Shown here: positions 50,995 to 61,343 of the stretch, piece by piece
Numbering within the stretch: the stretch's first letter is position 1
Layout of the letters: every line of letters begins with the position of its first letter
From: an uncultured bacterium
Lineage (GTDB): Bacteria > Chloroflexota > UBA5177 > JANWHV01
NCBI GenBank assembly: GCA_963827235.1
Contig: CAWHAE010000010.1
Span: forward strand, 384,001-448,000
Direction of reading: 5' to 3'
DNA: 64,000 nucleotides
Notes under the pieces: generated by a model
The model's input: only the letters and a program-made list of their open reading frames with translations
What the model was told of the DNA's origin: nothing
Database searches by the model: none
Program-made: the position numbers and the translations under genes

Positions 50995-51031
50995 CTGACT
51001 GTTGACACGAACCCCTTGAATGAGCTAGAGT
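50995..51031 (+). promoter_or_regulatory. Promoter with partial GntR-type operator at -35
   Basis: CTGACTG-TTGACA(51002-51007)-18bp-TAGAGT. Confidence 0.55.
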
Positions 51032-51196
51032 ATGATGCGTCCAAGAACCCGAAGAGGCTGGAACGGTTGTAGTCGTTCGGCGGCGGCTGCCGGGCTGACG
51101 GGAAGGAGGTAGCCAGAGAAGAGATTGGTGAAGCTGCCTGCGGAAATCGTTAGCACTTAGTCATCGCACTGGAACCTCATAGAGGAGTTGAATGCT

Positions 51197-52621
51197 ATGA
51201 GTGCAAAGCCAACGAGTCGGCGTGATTTCCTGAAAGCTGCTGCGGGCACGGTCGGCGCCGGCATCGCCGCGGCGAGTGGGCTCGAGGGAGCCATCAGTAC
51301 GGTAGCGGAGGCTGCTCCGGCTGCGGTGCGCTCGGCTAGCCTCGAATCGTCCGGGACGATGTGGTGCATGCTTTGGCAGCCACACATCAACGCTTTCAAC
51401 GAGATGATTGCGCTGTTCAAGAAGCAGACCGGAACGACTATATCTCTCAGGCCGCAAGCAGCGGCTGCTCTGGCTCGGCGATTGTAGCTACAAAGTTTAT
51501 TGCCGCCACTGCCGCGGGCACGCAGCCCGACATCTGCGCCAACACCGGGCAGAACCTGACGTTGCTCGCCGCGCAGGGCGCGCTGAAGGACATCTGGGCC
51601 AACGTCTACCTGGCCAATCACATCGTCGTGTCGCGCGATTTCGTCGGCGATTCGGTCGACGAGTTCTCCTGGCGCGGTCACGTTTACGGTGTGCCACTGG
51701 AGTGTGACGGCGGACTCGGCTCCTTCGCCAACGTGCGGACCGACTTGGTCAAGGCAGCAGGCCTTGCCGACAGTATCCGCCCACAAACGGGCAGTTCTGG
51801 TTCGACAGCTATGACCAGCTATTCGCTCTGGCGAAGGCACTGCAGGCCACTTCGGGCGGAAAAGTCACGCGGTATGGGCTGTGCGGCGAGGGTTGGGATG
51901 ACGCCGCCATCAACATGCTCATCGAGACACAGGGCACCCCGGTTTTTGACCAGGCGACCAAGACCTTCAACTACAATTCTCCCGCGGGCATCAAGGCGAT
52001 GCAGCTCCACGTCGTGCACCCGTCAAGATGGGGATCGAGCGCGAATGGGGTGACAACATTGCCGTAGAGAACGTGGCGCTCAAGGGCGAGTGCGCGATCA
52101 GCCTGACCAACGGCTCTGCCTCCATTTTCGGTCCTGCACTCGGCTACGACTTCCAGATCGCAGGCTCGCCGAAGGTTAACGGCAACACACCTGTCGCCGT
52201 GGGTTCCGGGCAAGGTTGGGGCCTGGTCGAGTCCGCCAAGGCTCACAGCCCGAACGCCGCGGATGCCTTCCTGCGGCTGGTATGCTCGCGGACAGGCCAG
52301 CTTATCTATGACCGGATCTATGGCGGCGTGTCTATCGTGGCTTGGAAAGACATTCTCGACCATGATACGACTCGCTTCGCGAAGCCGTACACCACGAATG
52401 CCACCTATCAGACCGTCAGCGTTCCGCAGGTCAGGACATGTACGAGACCTGCAAGTACATAGGCGAGGTGGGCTACTACAACAAGATCGTCGACGCGATC
52501 GTCAGTACGTGCCAGTCGGTCCGGCTTGGCAAGATGAACGCCACGCAGGGCGCGAAGGCCATCCAAACCCTGGCCGAGGCGCAGTACAAGCAATATACTG
52601 AGCGATCTCTCGAATCTGTAA
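51197..52621 (+). pseudogene. Tat-exported sugar ABC substrate-binding protein broken by at least 4 frameshifts (pseudogene or sequencing errors)
   Basis: SRRDFLKAAAG Tat signal; successive pieces AAGTQPDI/YGVPL, FDSYDQLFALAKAL, NAADAFLRL, NATQGAKAIQ lie in changing frames. Confidence 0.75.
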
Positions 52622-52702
52622 CGGGAGTCGAGCACGTCCAACTCGCGCACGGAGCCACCATGGCTCGCCAGGGAGCTCCGTGACGTCGGGCGGAGTATTA
52701 GT

Positions 52703-53668
52703 GTGGGCAAGTATCATCCGAGAGGGCCGGTATGTTCGGAAACGACGCAGCGGCTCATGGCGTCCCAGAAGCGGGGGCTCATCCACCAAGTCGGCAAAGT
52801 GCTGCAGAGGCCCCAGTTCTGGTTTGGTTTCACCATACTTGTCCCGCTGATCGCATGGTACTCGGTGGTGTCCTTCTGGTCGGTCATCCAGGCCTTCCGG
52901 ATAGCCCTAATTCACTACCGCCTGCTTGGACCGGGTCGGTTCGTGGGTCTGGACAATTTCCGGGAGCTCTTTGACGATCCGCTCTTCAGTACTGCGCTCA
53001 AGAACAGCGTGGAGTGGGGGATCATTACCGTCCTGGTCGGTATCCCCCTGGCGCTGGCGATCGCACTGTGCCTGGCCAATGTCGCGCATGGGCGCAACCT
53101 GCTCCAGGGACTAGTGTTCGTGCCGGTCGTCGTCCCACTTCTTTCCACCATTCTGATTGCTAAGTACCTGATGGATCCGGTGGTCGGCCCCATAGATGCC
53201 TTGCTGTCCTGGTTCCACCTGCCCACATCCGGTTTCTTGACCGATGGCAACGCAGCCCTGCCCAGCGCCGCGCTATTCGGCACATGGAAGGGCATGGGCG
53301 TCAACGTCGTGATTCTGACGGCAGGGCTCCTGAACATCCCCTCCGAGTTGATCGATGCTTCTCGGATCGATGGCGCAGGAGGATGGGCGCGGCTGCGGCA
53401 CATCACACTACCGCTGGTGCAGCCGACCATCAACCTCGTGGTGATCCTGGGTGTGATAGGAGCCCTGCAAGAGTTCACTATCCCGCAGGTCCTGACCGGC
53501 GGCGGCCCGGCCAACGCGACGCTGACGCTCAACCTGTACATCTATGATCTGGCGTTCCAAAACTTCCAGTTTAGCGTTGCGTCCAGCGCCGCCTTGATAG
53601 AGTTTGCCATCACATTGGTGCTCACGCTTATGACACTACGCCTGACCCGCATGCAGTGGTCTTACTAG
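52703..53668 (+). CDS. Carbohydrate ABC permease (MalF-like); start uncertain
   Basis: FVGLDNF, ELIDASRIDGA, TGGGPANAT. Confidence 0.9.
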   Translation: MGKYHPRGPVCSETTQRLMASQKRGLIHQVGKVLQRPQFWFGFTILVPLIAWYSVVSFWSVIQAFRIALIHYRLLGPGRFVGLDNFRELFDDPLFSTALKNSVEWGIITVLVGIPLALAIALCLANVAHGRNLLQGLVFVPVVVPLLSTILIAKYLMDPVVGPIDALLSWFHLPTSGFLTDGNAALPSAALFGTWKGMGVNVVILTAGLLNIPSELIDASRIDGAGGWARLRHITLPLVQPTINLVVILGVIGALQEFTIPQVLTGGGPANATLTLNLYIYDLAFQNFQFSVASSAALIEFAITLVLTLMTLRLTRMQWSY

Positions 53669-53694
53669 TAAATGATGGGGATTGGAACTGATGC

Positions 53695-54593
53695 TTGCGA
53701 GCCGCGCAACTGATCAGTCAGCAGAGGACGAAGGGCATCCGTCCCCACATACGCTACCGGCGCGCCGGAGTAGGCCGCCGCTGCGTCTTGCAGGAGGTTG
53801 GACTGTATGTGGTGTTGGCCATCGGTGTGTTGCTGGCACTGGCTCCATTTGTATGGGCCGTGTTCGGCTCATTCAAGGCTTCAAGGAGCTCATGGAGTCC
53901 CGTGCCTTGATGCCAAAGCATTGGACGCTGGACGCGTACCAGTATGTGACCGGTCTTCCAGGCATATGGATCGGCTTCCGCAACACGGTCATCGTCACGT
54001 TGAGCGTGACGGGGGTGTCGGTCCTTACTTCCACCATGGCCGGGTACGTGTTCGCCAAATATAACTTCCCAGGCAAGGACCTACTGTTTGTAGTACTGCT
54101 CGCCACTCTGATGGTGCCGTTCGTCGTGATCCTGGTTCCTCTGTACATCAGGATCAGCGATTGGGGCCTATCGGACAGCCTGGCCGGCGTGATCGTGACC
54201 GGGTTCTTCTCGACGTTTGGCATCTTCATGATGCGCCAGTTCATGCTGGGCCTCCCGACGGAGCTCATCGAGGCGGCCCGCATCGACGGTGCCTCGGAGT
54301 GGCGCATCTTTACTCAGCTCGTGATACCGCTCTCCGCATCGCCCGCTGCGGCGCTGGGCATCTTCATCTTCCTCGGGACATGGAACGACTATCTGTGGCC
54401 GTTCGTGGTCCTTACCAGCCCGAGCAACCAGACGCTGCCGCTGTTCCTCAGCGGACTGCAGGGATTGTTTATCACGCGCTACGACTACCTGATCGCGGCA
54501 GGGGTATTGTCGTCAATACCGCTGATGGTGGCCTATCTCTTCGGATCGAAGTACATGATCCGTGGCATTGCGATGACCGGGATGAAGTTTTAG
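53695..54593 (+). CDS. Carbohydrate ABC permease (MalG-like); frameshift near 53878
   Basis: First TM segment LYVVLAIGVLLALAPFVWAVFGSFK is in ORF 53695; AGYVFAK, ELIEAARIDGA, WNDYLWP are in ORF 53682. Confidence 0.85.
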
Positions 54594-54851
54594 CCAGGCC
54601 GAGTCCGTCAGGTTGCGGCCATGGAATCGTGGCTATAGCTCGGTCCGTCCTGACGGACACAGAGCGCCTTGCAGAAGGGAGTACGGAGGCCTCGTTAGCC
54701 GCAAGCGACCGAAGCGTTGCGCCTCACCCATCCTGGGTATCCGGTCGGAGGGAGAGCTGGTGTGCTGCCTGCGGCAATGTCGGTGGCGGTAATAGCTCTC
54801 AATCAACAACGAAGGTGTCTCTCAAACAGCGATGCTAAGGAGTCAGAGTTC

Positions 54852-55616
54852 ATGATCAGTGTGCGATTAGCCTCGTCGGTGACGCGAAAGACCGTCCTAG
54901 GGGTCGGCCTCATCTGCGCCACCATTCTCGCTGGTGGTGTCGCTCCCCACACGTTCGCCGCTTCCACGCAGGCGGACACCGTAACGACCAGTCCTGTAGC
55001 CTACCACCTGGCAGCGCAGCTTCTATCCGGCCCAAGTGCCGGCTCGACGGTGGCGGGCCAGGTAAGCGGCACGCTGGATAGCACAGGCATCCTCACGGCG
55101 ACGCTGACCCTCGCCAACGGCCTGACCTCAGCGGTGAACGGCACCGCCGGCGCCACCGCAACGTTCAACGTCAAGGGCAAGGCCGGTAACATGACCTTGA
55201 CCGGCGCACTCCTGAACAAGAAGGCCGGCGTTTGGGGCGGCATGGTCGCGCTGGGAACCAGCACCAATGCCGGCGTCTGGACGTTTACGCCCGAGATTCA
55301 AACGGTGACCTTCAGCGTAGGTGGAACGAGCGCGATGGGTAGCGCGGACAAGATTGCGCTGGCCGGACAGCTGACGCTTGAGTTAACCGCCAGCGGATGG
55401 GGTGAAGGCACTTTCGCCTTCCTGAACAACGACACGGTGTACCAGGCCGAGGGTCGTGTCGTGAACGGCAACATGACTGCCACTGTCTTCTGGGCCAAGC
55501 AGGGCGCCGTAATGCTTGTGGCCTCGGGGAAGTCGGCGGTGGGCATAGTCAAGTGGACGGGCACGTTCGTAGGCCCGGCCGCGAAGGACTTCGGAACATT
55601 CGTCGGCGAGGGCTAG
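54852..55616 (+). CDS. Secreted beta-rich hypothetical protein
   Basis: AAGGAG RBS, signal peptide ending TFA-A, Gly/Thr-rich alternating pattern, gene-like codon usage. Confidence 0.8.
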   Translation: MISVRLASSVTRKTVLGVGLICATILAGGVAPHTFAASTQADTVTTSPVAYHLAAQLLSGPSAGSTVAGQVSGTLDSTGILTATLTLANGLTSAVNGTAGATATFNVKGKAGNMTLTGALLNKKAGVWGGMVALGTSTNAGVWTFTPEIQTVTFSVGGTSAMGSADKIALAGQLTLELTASGWGEGTFAFLNNDTVYQAEGRVVNGNMTATVFWAKQGAVMLVASGKSAVGIVKWTGTFVGPAAKDFGTFVGEG

Positions 55617-56100
55617 AATTGCCGCGAGCGGTCCGGGCACGCGCTAGTTCCGCCGGTGAGCCTAGCACTCCCTAGACAATCCGGTGGCACTGCACGCGCA
55701 GCGGACGCGGAACGGCCGCTGGGACCTTGGGCCGGAGGCCAACAGTAGGTAGGGCCGGTACCCGCCGGCTCTACCTACTGTTGCTATTGCGGCACCAACT
55801 GCAGCGCAAGCTCCAGGGCCGGGAGCAGGCGGTATTCAGGGCCCAATATTGGAACGTGCGAGTTGGCGGAATGTCTCCATCTCTGATGCCGCGGCGGGCG
55901 TCGAAGGCCGAGCAAGATCGCCGGAGCGGTCCCGGCAACGTCCCTGGTCCCGGCTGCCCAGGGGGCATACGTGGAGATATGGAGCACGGGTCCCGGCGGT
56001 GCGGCCAACCGTGGCGCTGCTTCCACGCACGGTCGCGGCAGGCAACTTCAACCGGCACGCGGCTTCCTGATCGTGGTATATCGAGCTGGAGGAAGGACAA

Positions 56101-56958
56101 ATGGACTACGAGGGGTTCAGTCTCACCGGCAAGTACGCGGTCGTTACCGGCGCGGGCGCGAACGGCGGACTCGGGCACGCCATGGCGCTGGGACTGGCCG
56201 AAGCCGGCGCCGACCTGCTGGTCAGCGATATCGATAAGGCAGGCGCCGAAGAGACGGCTCGCGAGATCCGCGATCTTGGTCGCCGTGGTATCGGCGTCGC
56301 ATGCAACAACGCCCGGCGCGAAGACATCATTGCTCTGTTCGGCGTGCTCGATCGGGAGTTCGGCCGCATCGACATTCTGATCAACAACGTGGGGCTCGGC
56401 GTGCGCTTCCGGCCGGAAGAGCTACCTGTCGAGGATTGGCAGCGGGTTCTCGACGTCTCGCTGACCGGTACGTTCCTGTGCTCGATCGAGGCCGGCAGAC
56501 GAATGATTGCTCAGGGCGGCGGCGGAAGCATTATCAACATCGGATCGACCTGCGGCCTGTCGGGCATGGGTCGCGGCAATCTGCCACACAGCGTGGCCAA
56601 GGCGGGAGTCAATCAGCTCACAAAAGAGCTCGCGGTCGAGTGGGGTCCGTATCATATTCGCGTGAACGCGATCGAGCCCGCGCAGATTGCCAACCGGAAC
56701 TGGATGAAGGGCATGACGAGCCTGCCGTGGGATTTTGCCGCCTTCGAACAACACATTCTCGACGGCATTCCGCTTGGGCGCATGGGCAGGGATGAGGATC
56801 TGGTGGGCCCAGCGGTATTCCTTGCTTCCGACGCCGCGGCGTTCGTGAGCGGCCATCTTCTGTTCGTCGATGGCGGCAACATGGCTCTGAACGCTGCCGG
56901 CAGTGTCGCCTGGCCGGCACCGAAGCAGGACGGCGCGCACTCTGCCAGCAGCCGGTAA
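56101..56958 (+). CDS. SDR family oxidoreductase
   Basis: TGAGANGGLG, NNVG, NIGS, HSVAK at the YxxxK position. Confidence 0.9.
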   Translation: MDYEGFSLTGKYAVVTGAGANGGLGHAMALGLAEAGADLLVSDIDKAGAEETAREIRDLGRRGIGVACNNARREDIIALFGVLDREFGRIDILINNVGLGVRFRPEELPVEDWQRVLDVSLTGTFLCSIEAGRRMIAQGGGGSIINIGSTCGLSGMGRGNLPHSVAKAGVNQLTKELAVEWGPYHIRVNAIEPAQIANRNWMKGMTSLPWDFAAFEQHILDGIPLGRMGRDEDLVGPAVFLASDAAAFVSGHLLFVDGGNMALNAAGSVAWPAPKQDGAHSASSR

Positions 56959-57239
56959 GGGCGGCGCAGGTGCTATTTGTGGCCGCGGCCGACCGTCCGC
57001 GTTGCTGAGCGATCCTCCGGTGCCGGTTCACGGCCGCAGTCCGGAGTAGTAGCGCGAGGCGGATGAATGACAGATCGGCAGTCCGCAGGCAAGCGGTATG
57101 ACACCGGTGGCGGCTCGGGGTTCGCGGCGCCTTCCGGTGCGAGCGGTGGGAAGTGCTCGAGTCTGCACGCGGGCTTGCCGAGTATCTCCCGGTGGGCGGC
57201 ATGCGGCCGGCACGTTATTTGGCCCCGGCGGCCGGTGCG

Positions 57240-59015
57240 ATGGAACGAGAGCCAAGAAAGGTAGTGCGCCAGGTGCCCGAGAGCATTGTGATCGAGAAGA
57301 ACGTCATGGTAGCCATGCCGGATGGCATAGCCCTGGCGACCGACATCTATCGCCCGCGCACGGATGTGCCCCTCCCGGTACTGCTGCAGCGCACGCCATA
57401 TGACAAGGATTTCTCTACCATACCCGACATCGTGCGCATGGCTCGCGCGGGCTACTGCGTGGCTGTGCAGGATACTCGAGGTTGCTTCGCGTCCGAGGGC
57501 ACATTCGAGCCGTTCACGTCCGAGGCGGCGGACGGGGCCGCCTTCATCGACTGGGCGGCGAGCCAGCCCTGGTCGAATGGCACTATCGCTACCTTCGGCG
57601 CGTCGTACGTCGGCGCAACGCAATGGCTAGCCGCCACGCGGGCGCACCAGGCACTGCGAGGCCTCGCACCCCTGGTTACGGCGTCCGACTACCACGAGGG
57701 CTGGACATACCAGGGTGGGGCGTTCGAGATCGGCTTCGCGCTGCACTGGGCCCTCGGCTTTGCGCTCTCGGAGACGCAGCGGCGGATTGCCGGCGGTACC
57801 GCGACGCCCGGCGATCGAGAGCGGATCCTGGATGCCATAGGCTGTATTGACTCGCACTACGAGCGGCACCCTCTCGCCGAGATGCCCGTGCTCGCAGCGA
57901 CTGCTCCGTATTACGGAGAGTGGCTCCGTCACCCCGAGGACGATGCCTACTGGCAACGCATCGCGCCGCGCAAAATGTACGAGCAGATCACGGTGCCGGC
58001 GCTCAACATGGGCGGCTGGTACGACATATTCGCTGGCGGTACGCTGGCGAACTACCGCGGCATGAAGGAGCGAGGAGGCTCGGCACTCGCCCGCTCCGGC
58101 CAGCGACTGATCATGGGACCGTGGGCACATGGAGTCGACGGCGACTGCTTTCCCTGGCAGTACTTCGGGCCCAGGGCCGGCACGCGAGCGGTCACGGTCG
58201 ACCTCGTCGGTGCACAGATTCGATGGTTCGACTACGTCCTCAAAGGCATCGACGACGGAATCAGCCGAGAACCGCCTGTCCAGATATTCGTGATGGGCTC
58301 CAACGCGTGGCGCAAGGAGGCCGACTGGCCGCTGCCCGGTACCATCTACCATCCGTACTACCTGCACAGCAGCGGCAGAGCCAACTCGCTCTCCGGCGAC
58401 GGTACGCTTACCACGACGCCGCCAGCGGACGAGGAGTGCGACGTCTATCTGTACGACCCTCGCCGACCAGTGCCTACCTGCGGCGGTGCCACGCTGCTAA
58501 GCGGACTGTGGGTTGGCGCCAACTCCGGACCGCGTGACCAGCGCACGGTCGAGGTCCGATCAGATGTGCTGTGCTACACGTCGGCTCCGCTCGACCGCGC
58601 CACAGAGGTTACCGGCCACGTCACGCTGCAGGCCTTCGTCTCCTCCACGGCGCGAGACACGGACTTCACGGCCAAGCTCGTCGATGTTTCGCCCGACGGC
58701 ACCGCGACTATCCTGACGGATGGGATCCTGAGAGCGCGCTACCGGGAGTCGCTCGCGACGCCGGTCTTGATGGTCCCTGAGACCGTGTATGACCTGCGGA
58801 TCGACGTGGGAGCCACGGCCAACCTGTTCGCCGCCGGGCACCAGGTCCGGCTGGAGATCTCGAGCAGCAACTTCCCCCGGTTCGACCGCAACACGAATAC
58901 GGGCGGAAAGGTGGCCACGGATCGCCGCGGCGACGTGCTGCAGGCAGTCAACCGTGTCTGGCACGATCGTCTGCACCCTTCCCGGCTGATTCTCCCTGTT
59001 GTCGAGCGGGAGTAG
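57240..59015 (+). CDS. CocE/NonD family hydrolase
   Basis: LQRTPY, QDTRG, GASYVG nucleophile elbow, GGWYD, GPWAH, ISSSNFPRFDRN. Confidence 0.94.
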   Translation: MEREPRKVVRQVPESIVIEKNVMVAMPDGIALATDIYRPRTDVPLPVLLQRTPYDKDFSTIPDIVRMARAGYCVAVQDTRGCFASEGTFEPFTSEAADGAAFIDWAASQPWSNGTIATFGASYVGATQWLAATRAHQALRGLAPLVTASDYHEGWTYQGGAFEIGFALHWALGFALSETQRRIAGGTATPGDRERILDAIGCIDSHYERHPLAEMPVLAATAPYYGEWLRHPEDDAYWQRIAPRKMYEQITVPALNMGGWYDIFAGGTLANYRGMKERGGSALARSGQRLIMGPWAHGVDGDCFPWQYFGPRAGTRAVTVDLVGAQIRWFDYVLKGIDDGISREPPVQIFVMGSNAWRKEADWPLPGTIYHPYYLHSSGRANSLSGDGTLTTTPPADEECDVYLYDPRRPVPTCGGATLLSGLWVGANSGPRDQRTVEVRSDVLCYTSAPLDRATEVTGHVTLQAFVSSTARDTDFTAKLVDVSPDGTATILTDGILRARYRESLATPVLMVPETVYDLRIDVGATANLFAAGHQVRLEISSSNFPRFDRNTNTGGKVATDRRGDVLQAVNRVWHDRLHPSRLILPVVERE

Positions 59016-59069
59016 AGAGTCTCCTATCCTGTCGTCTCGGTCGGGCGACGGCCAGTGCAGAGGCGGGCA

Positions 59070-59103
59070 GCCCGGCGGGACCGAGCGCCGCGTCCCGCCG
59101 GGC
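59070..59103. terminator. Hairpin between convergent genes
   Basis: GCCCGGCGGGAC-N10-GTCCCGCCGGGC. Confidence 0.55.
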
Positions 59104-59118
59104 CGTCGCGCGAGCGTG

Positions 59119-60819
59119 CTAGACTGTTCCGCCGCCCGTACCGGTAGGTACTATGGAGCCTTCCAGGGCGACCGCTTGCTGGAGGTCGGCGGCCGGCGTG
59201 GTCGACGTATACGCTATCACCACGGTCACCAGATGCGAGCCGTCGGAGACTACTCCGATCTGGGCGATGTTACCGTTTGAACAGCTCAGTGTGCCGGTCA
59301 TTCCGCTCATCGACCCTATGGTGAGCGGCTGATAGGAGATCGAAAACTGACTGCAGGACGCACCTCCGAGCTCGCCGGCGATCACGCCGATGCCCTGCTG
59401 AATGTCTGCGTTCGAGAGCGCACCGCTGTACGCTCTTTCTCCGACCGACACGCCGACCGCGTTGTCGGCACTGGCGAAGACGGGGGGATTGTCGTTGACC
59501 CTGATCGAGTTCCAACCGGCCGGGAGGGAGAGGGTATACCCGTCACCGGCATAGCTTGTGCCTCCCGTCGCCGGGGCCGCGGTGGCCGTAGCCGTTGGTG
59601 GAGTGGTTGCCGTTGGGGGTATTGGGGAGGGCGAGCTGGTTGCCGTCGCCGATGCCGTTGCGGTGGCGGTCACGGTTGCCGTTGACGTGGCGGTGGCCGT
59701 TGCCGTGGACGTGGCAGTGGCCGTTGCCGTAGACGTAGCCGTGGCTGTAGGCGTGGCCGTCAAGGTGGGAGGCTGGGCCACCGCCTGGGAGATGTGCTCG
59801 GCTACGATTCCAGCGACCAACCGATTCGCGTCCGCCCGGGTCAAAGAGGCAGGCATGGCGTAGAATTGGCCCTTGCTCGCACCCGCCTTCCCCGTCTTCG
59901 CGCCGGCCGCAGCGTAGACCAGATTGATGCCCTCGACGCCGCCCCGGGTGTCGAGCAGCGGCCCACCGACTGCCGTGGCGTCGAGTCCGGTGGCGTGCTG
60001 AATCCAGATCGCCTCGGTCTGACCGGGCAGGCGGCGATTGACCGCGGAGACGACGCCCAGGTCCGGAGCGGAGGCGGCGCTCTTTGCTGCGTTCGCACCG
60101 ATGCTGACCACGGAGTCTCCCACGTGAAGGGCGAGGGCGTGGCCGTACGAGAGCGCGTGGAGGGTCGTGGGTTGCATGCGGATTACGGCGAGGCCGGCTG
60201 AACTGCCAGCCTTTGCCGTGTCAAGCAGAATGACCTGGGCGGCATACGGCTTTCGGCTCCCGGCGGGTGTCAGGCCGACCAAGGCCGGGCTGACCCTCTG
60301 CAGGAGGTTGGCTCCCGTGAGGACGTATGTGCCTGAAGAGTCCTCCCGCACGACGAAGCCGCTCTCGGAGCGCGCGGTGCCTTTCTGCTTGATGGTGATG
60401 CCGAGCACGCTGGGAGCGGTCTGGCGCACGACACCTCTCACGGCGCTGAGAGCGGTTAACTGGGCCGGGGCCGTGGCGGAGGAAGCGGGCGTGGGGCTGA
60501 CAGACGGTGTGGCTGTGGTCGACACGACGGTTGTCGTGGCCACGACCGTGGCGGTGATAACGCTCGTGGCGCCGGCTGGAACCGTAGGTGTGTAGGCACT
60601 CGTCGCGCTGCCGGTGGGCATGACCGTCGCGAGGGAGGTGCCGGTAGCCGTGGCGGTCGCGGCACTCGTAACTGTAGCTGTCACGCTCAGCTGGCCCGCG
60701 GCGCTCCCGGCAGCGCGGGCATACGTGTGGACGAAGAGAGTGAATGAGAAGACGCACAACGTACCGGCTGCAAGGAAACGCACTACATCAAATGCTAGGC
60801 GACGAAATGGCGAAGTCAT
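59119..60819 (-). CDS. Exported HtrA/trypsin-like fold protein, catalytically degenerate, with Thr/Ala linkers and a C-terminal domain
   Basis: N-terminal signal/TM; PSVLGI, SGFVV, YVLT, LAVIR, VGDSVVSIG, GGPLLDTRGGVEGIN trypsin_2 scaffold. Confidence 0.8.
   Translation of the reverse strand: MTSPFRRLAFDVVRFLAAGTLCVFSFTLFVHTYARAAGSAAGQLSVTATVTSAATATATGTSLATVMPTGSATSAYTPTVPAGATSVITATVVATTTVVSTTATPSVSPTPASSATAPAQLTALSAVRGVVRQTAPSVLGITIKQKGTARSESGFVVREDSSGTYVLTGANLLQRVSPALVGLTPAGSRKPYAAQVILLDTAKAGSSAGLAVIRMQPTTLHALSYGHALALHVGDSVVSIGANAAKSAASAPDLGVVSAVNRRLPGQTEAIWIQHATGLDATAVGGPLLDTRGGVEGINLVYAAAGAKTGKAGASKGQFYAMPASLTRADANRLVAGIVAEHISQAVAQPPTLTATPTATATSTATATATSTATATATSTATVTATATASATATSSPSPIPPTATTPPTATATAAPATGGTSYAGDGYTLSLPAGWNSIRVNDNPPVFASADNAVGVSVGERAYSGALSNADIQQGIGVIAGELGGASCSQFSISYQPLTIGSMSGMTGTLSCSNGNIAQIGVVSDGSHLVTVVIAYTSTTPAADLQQAVALEGSIVPTGTGGGTV
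59675..59746. repeat. Three 24-bp tandem repeats encoding a (TATATATS)-type linker
   Basis: GTTGCCGTDGACGTRGCNGTGGCY x3. Confidence 0.8.
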
Positions 60820-61343
60820 GACAGGATTCTCTTCCCTTCATGGACGGTCAAGCCCTACGAAACAGCCTGGTTCTCGGGCGCACACAAACGGGCATTGTGC
60901 ACCAGGCAGACGAGGGTCTCGGGCAACCGGTCAACACTGCTGTGACCGCTTCCATTATGATCGTTCGGCAGTGTGAATGCAACGGCTTGATCTTGCTACT
61001 GTCGACAGATAAGCCGCCATGATCGTACCGTGGATGACTCGATGAACCGTTCACTCCCGCGGGTTGCCGGCTCTACGGCGTCGTGGCGTCGCGAGCAGCA
61101 CGTATAGCCGCCGATCCTCGTCCCGCGCTGGTTGCACGTGGGCGAACGTGCTGCGACGCCGGATCGTGGGAGTGTGGCACAGGCGCCGGGCGTCGCTACC
61201 AATCCGGCGGTTGGGAACGTGAGCCTGGCTATCGGGCCCGAATCAGGATACGGCTCGACGCAAGCCGCAGCCAGCGCGGGCTTGCGCCGTCATCTCAGCC
61301 CGGGGGCGGAGGACATGCACGCGCCTGGGGATTTTGGGGGAGG

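Noticed and set aside
45200-53900. Programmed frameshifting or phase variation
   Set aside because: No slippery heptamers or long homopolymers at the shift sites; too many unrelated genes are affected.
59640-59760. Possible CRISPR array or non-coding VNTR
   Set aside because: Degenerate in-frame repeats without spacers, encoding a Thr/Ala linker.
60997-61008. TACTGTCGACAG as a further GntR operator
   Set aside because: Only one full hexamer, and it lies upstream of, not overlapping, the likely promoter of the pseudoprotease gene; GTCGAC is common in this DNA.
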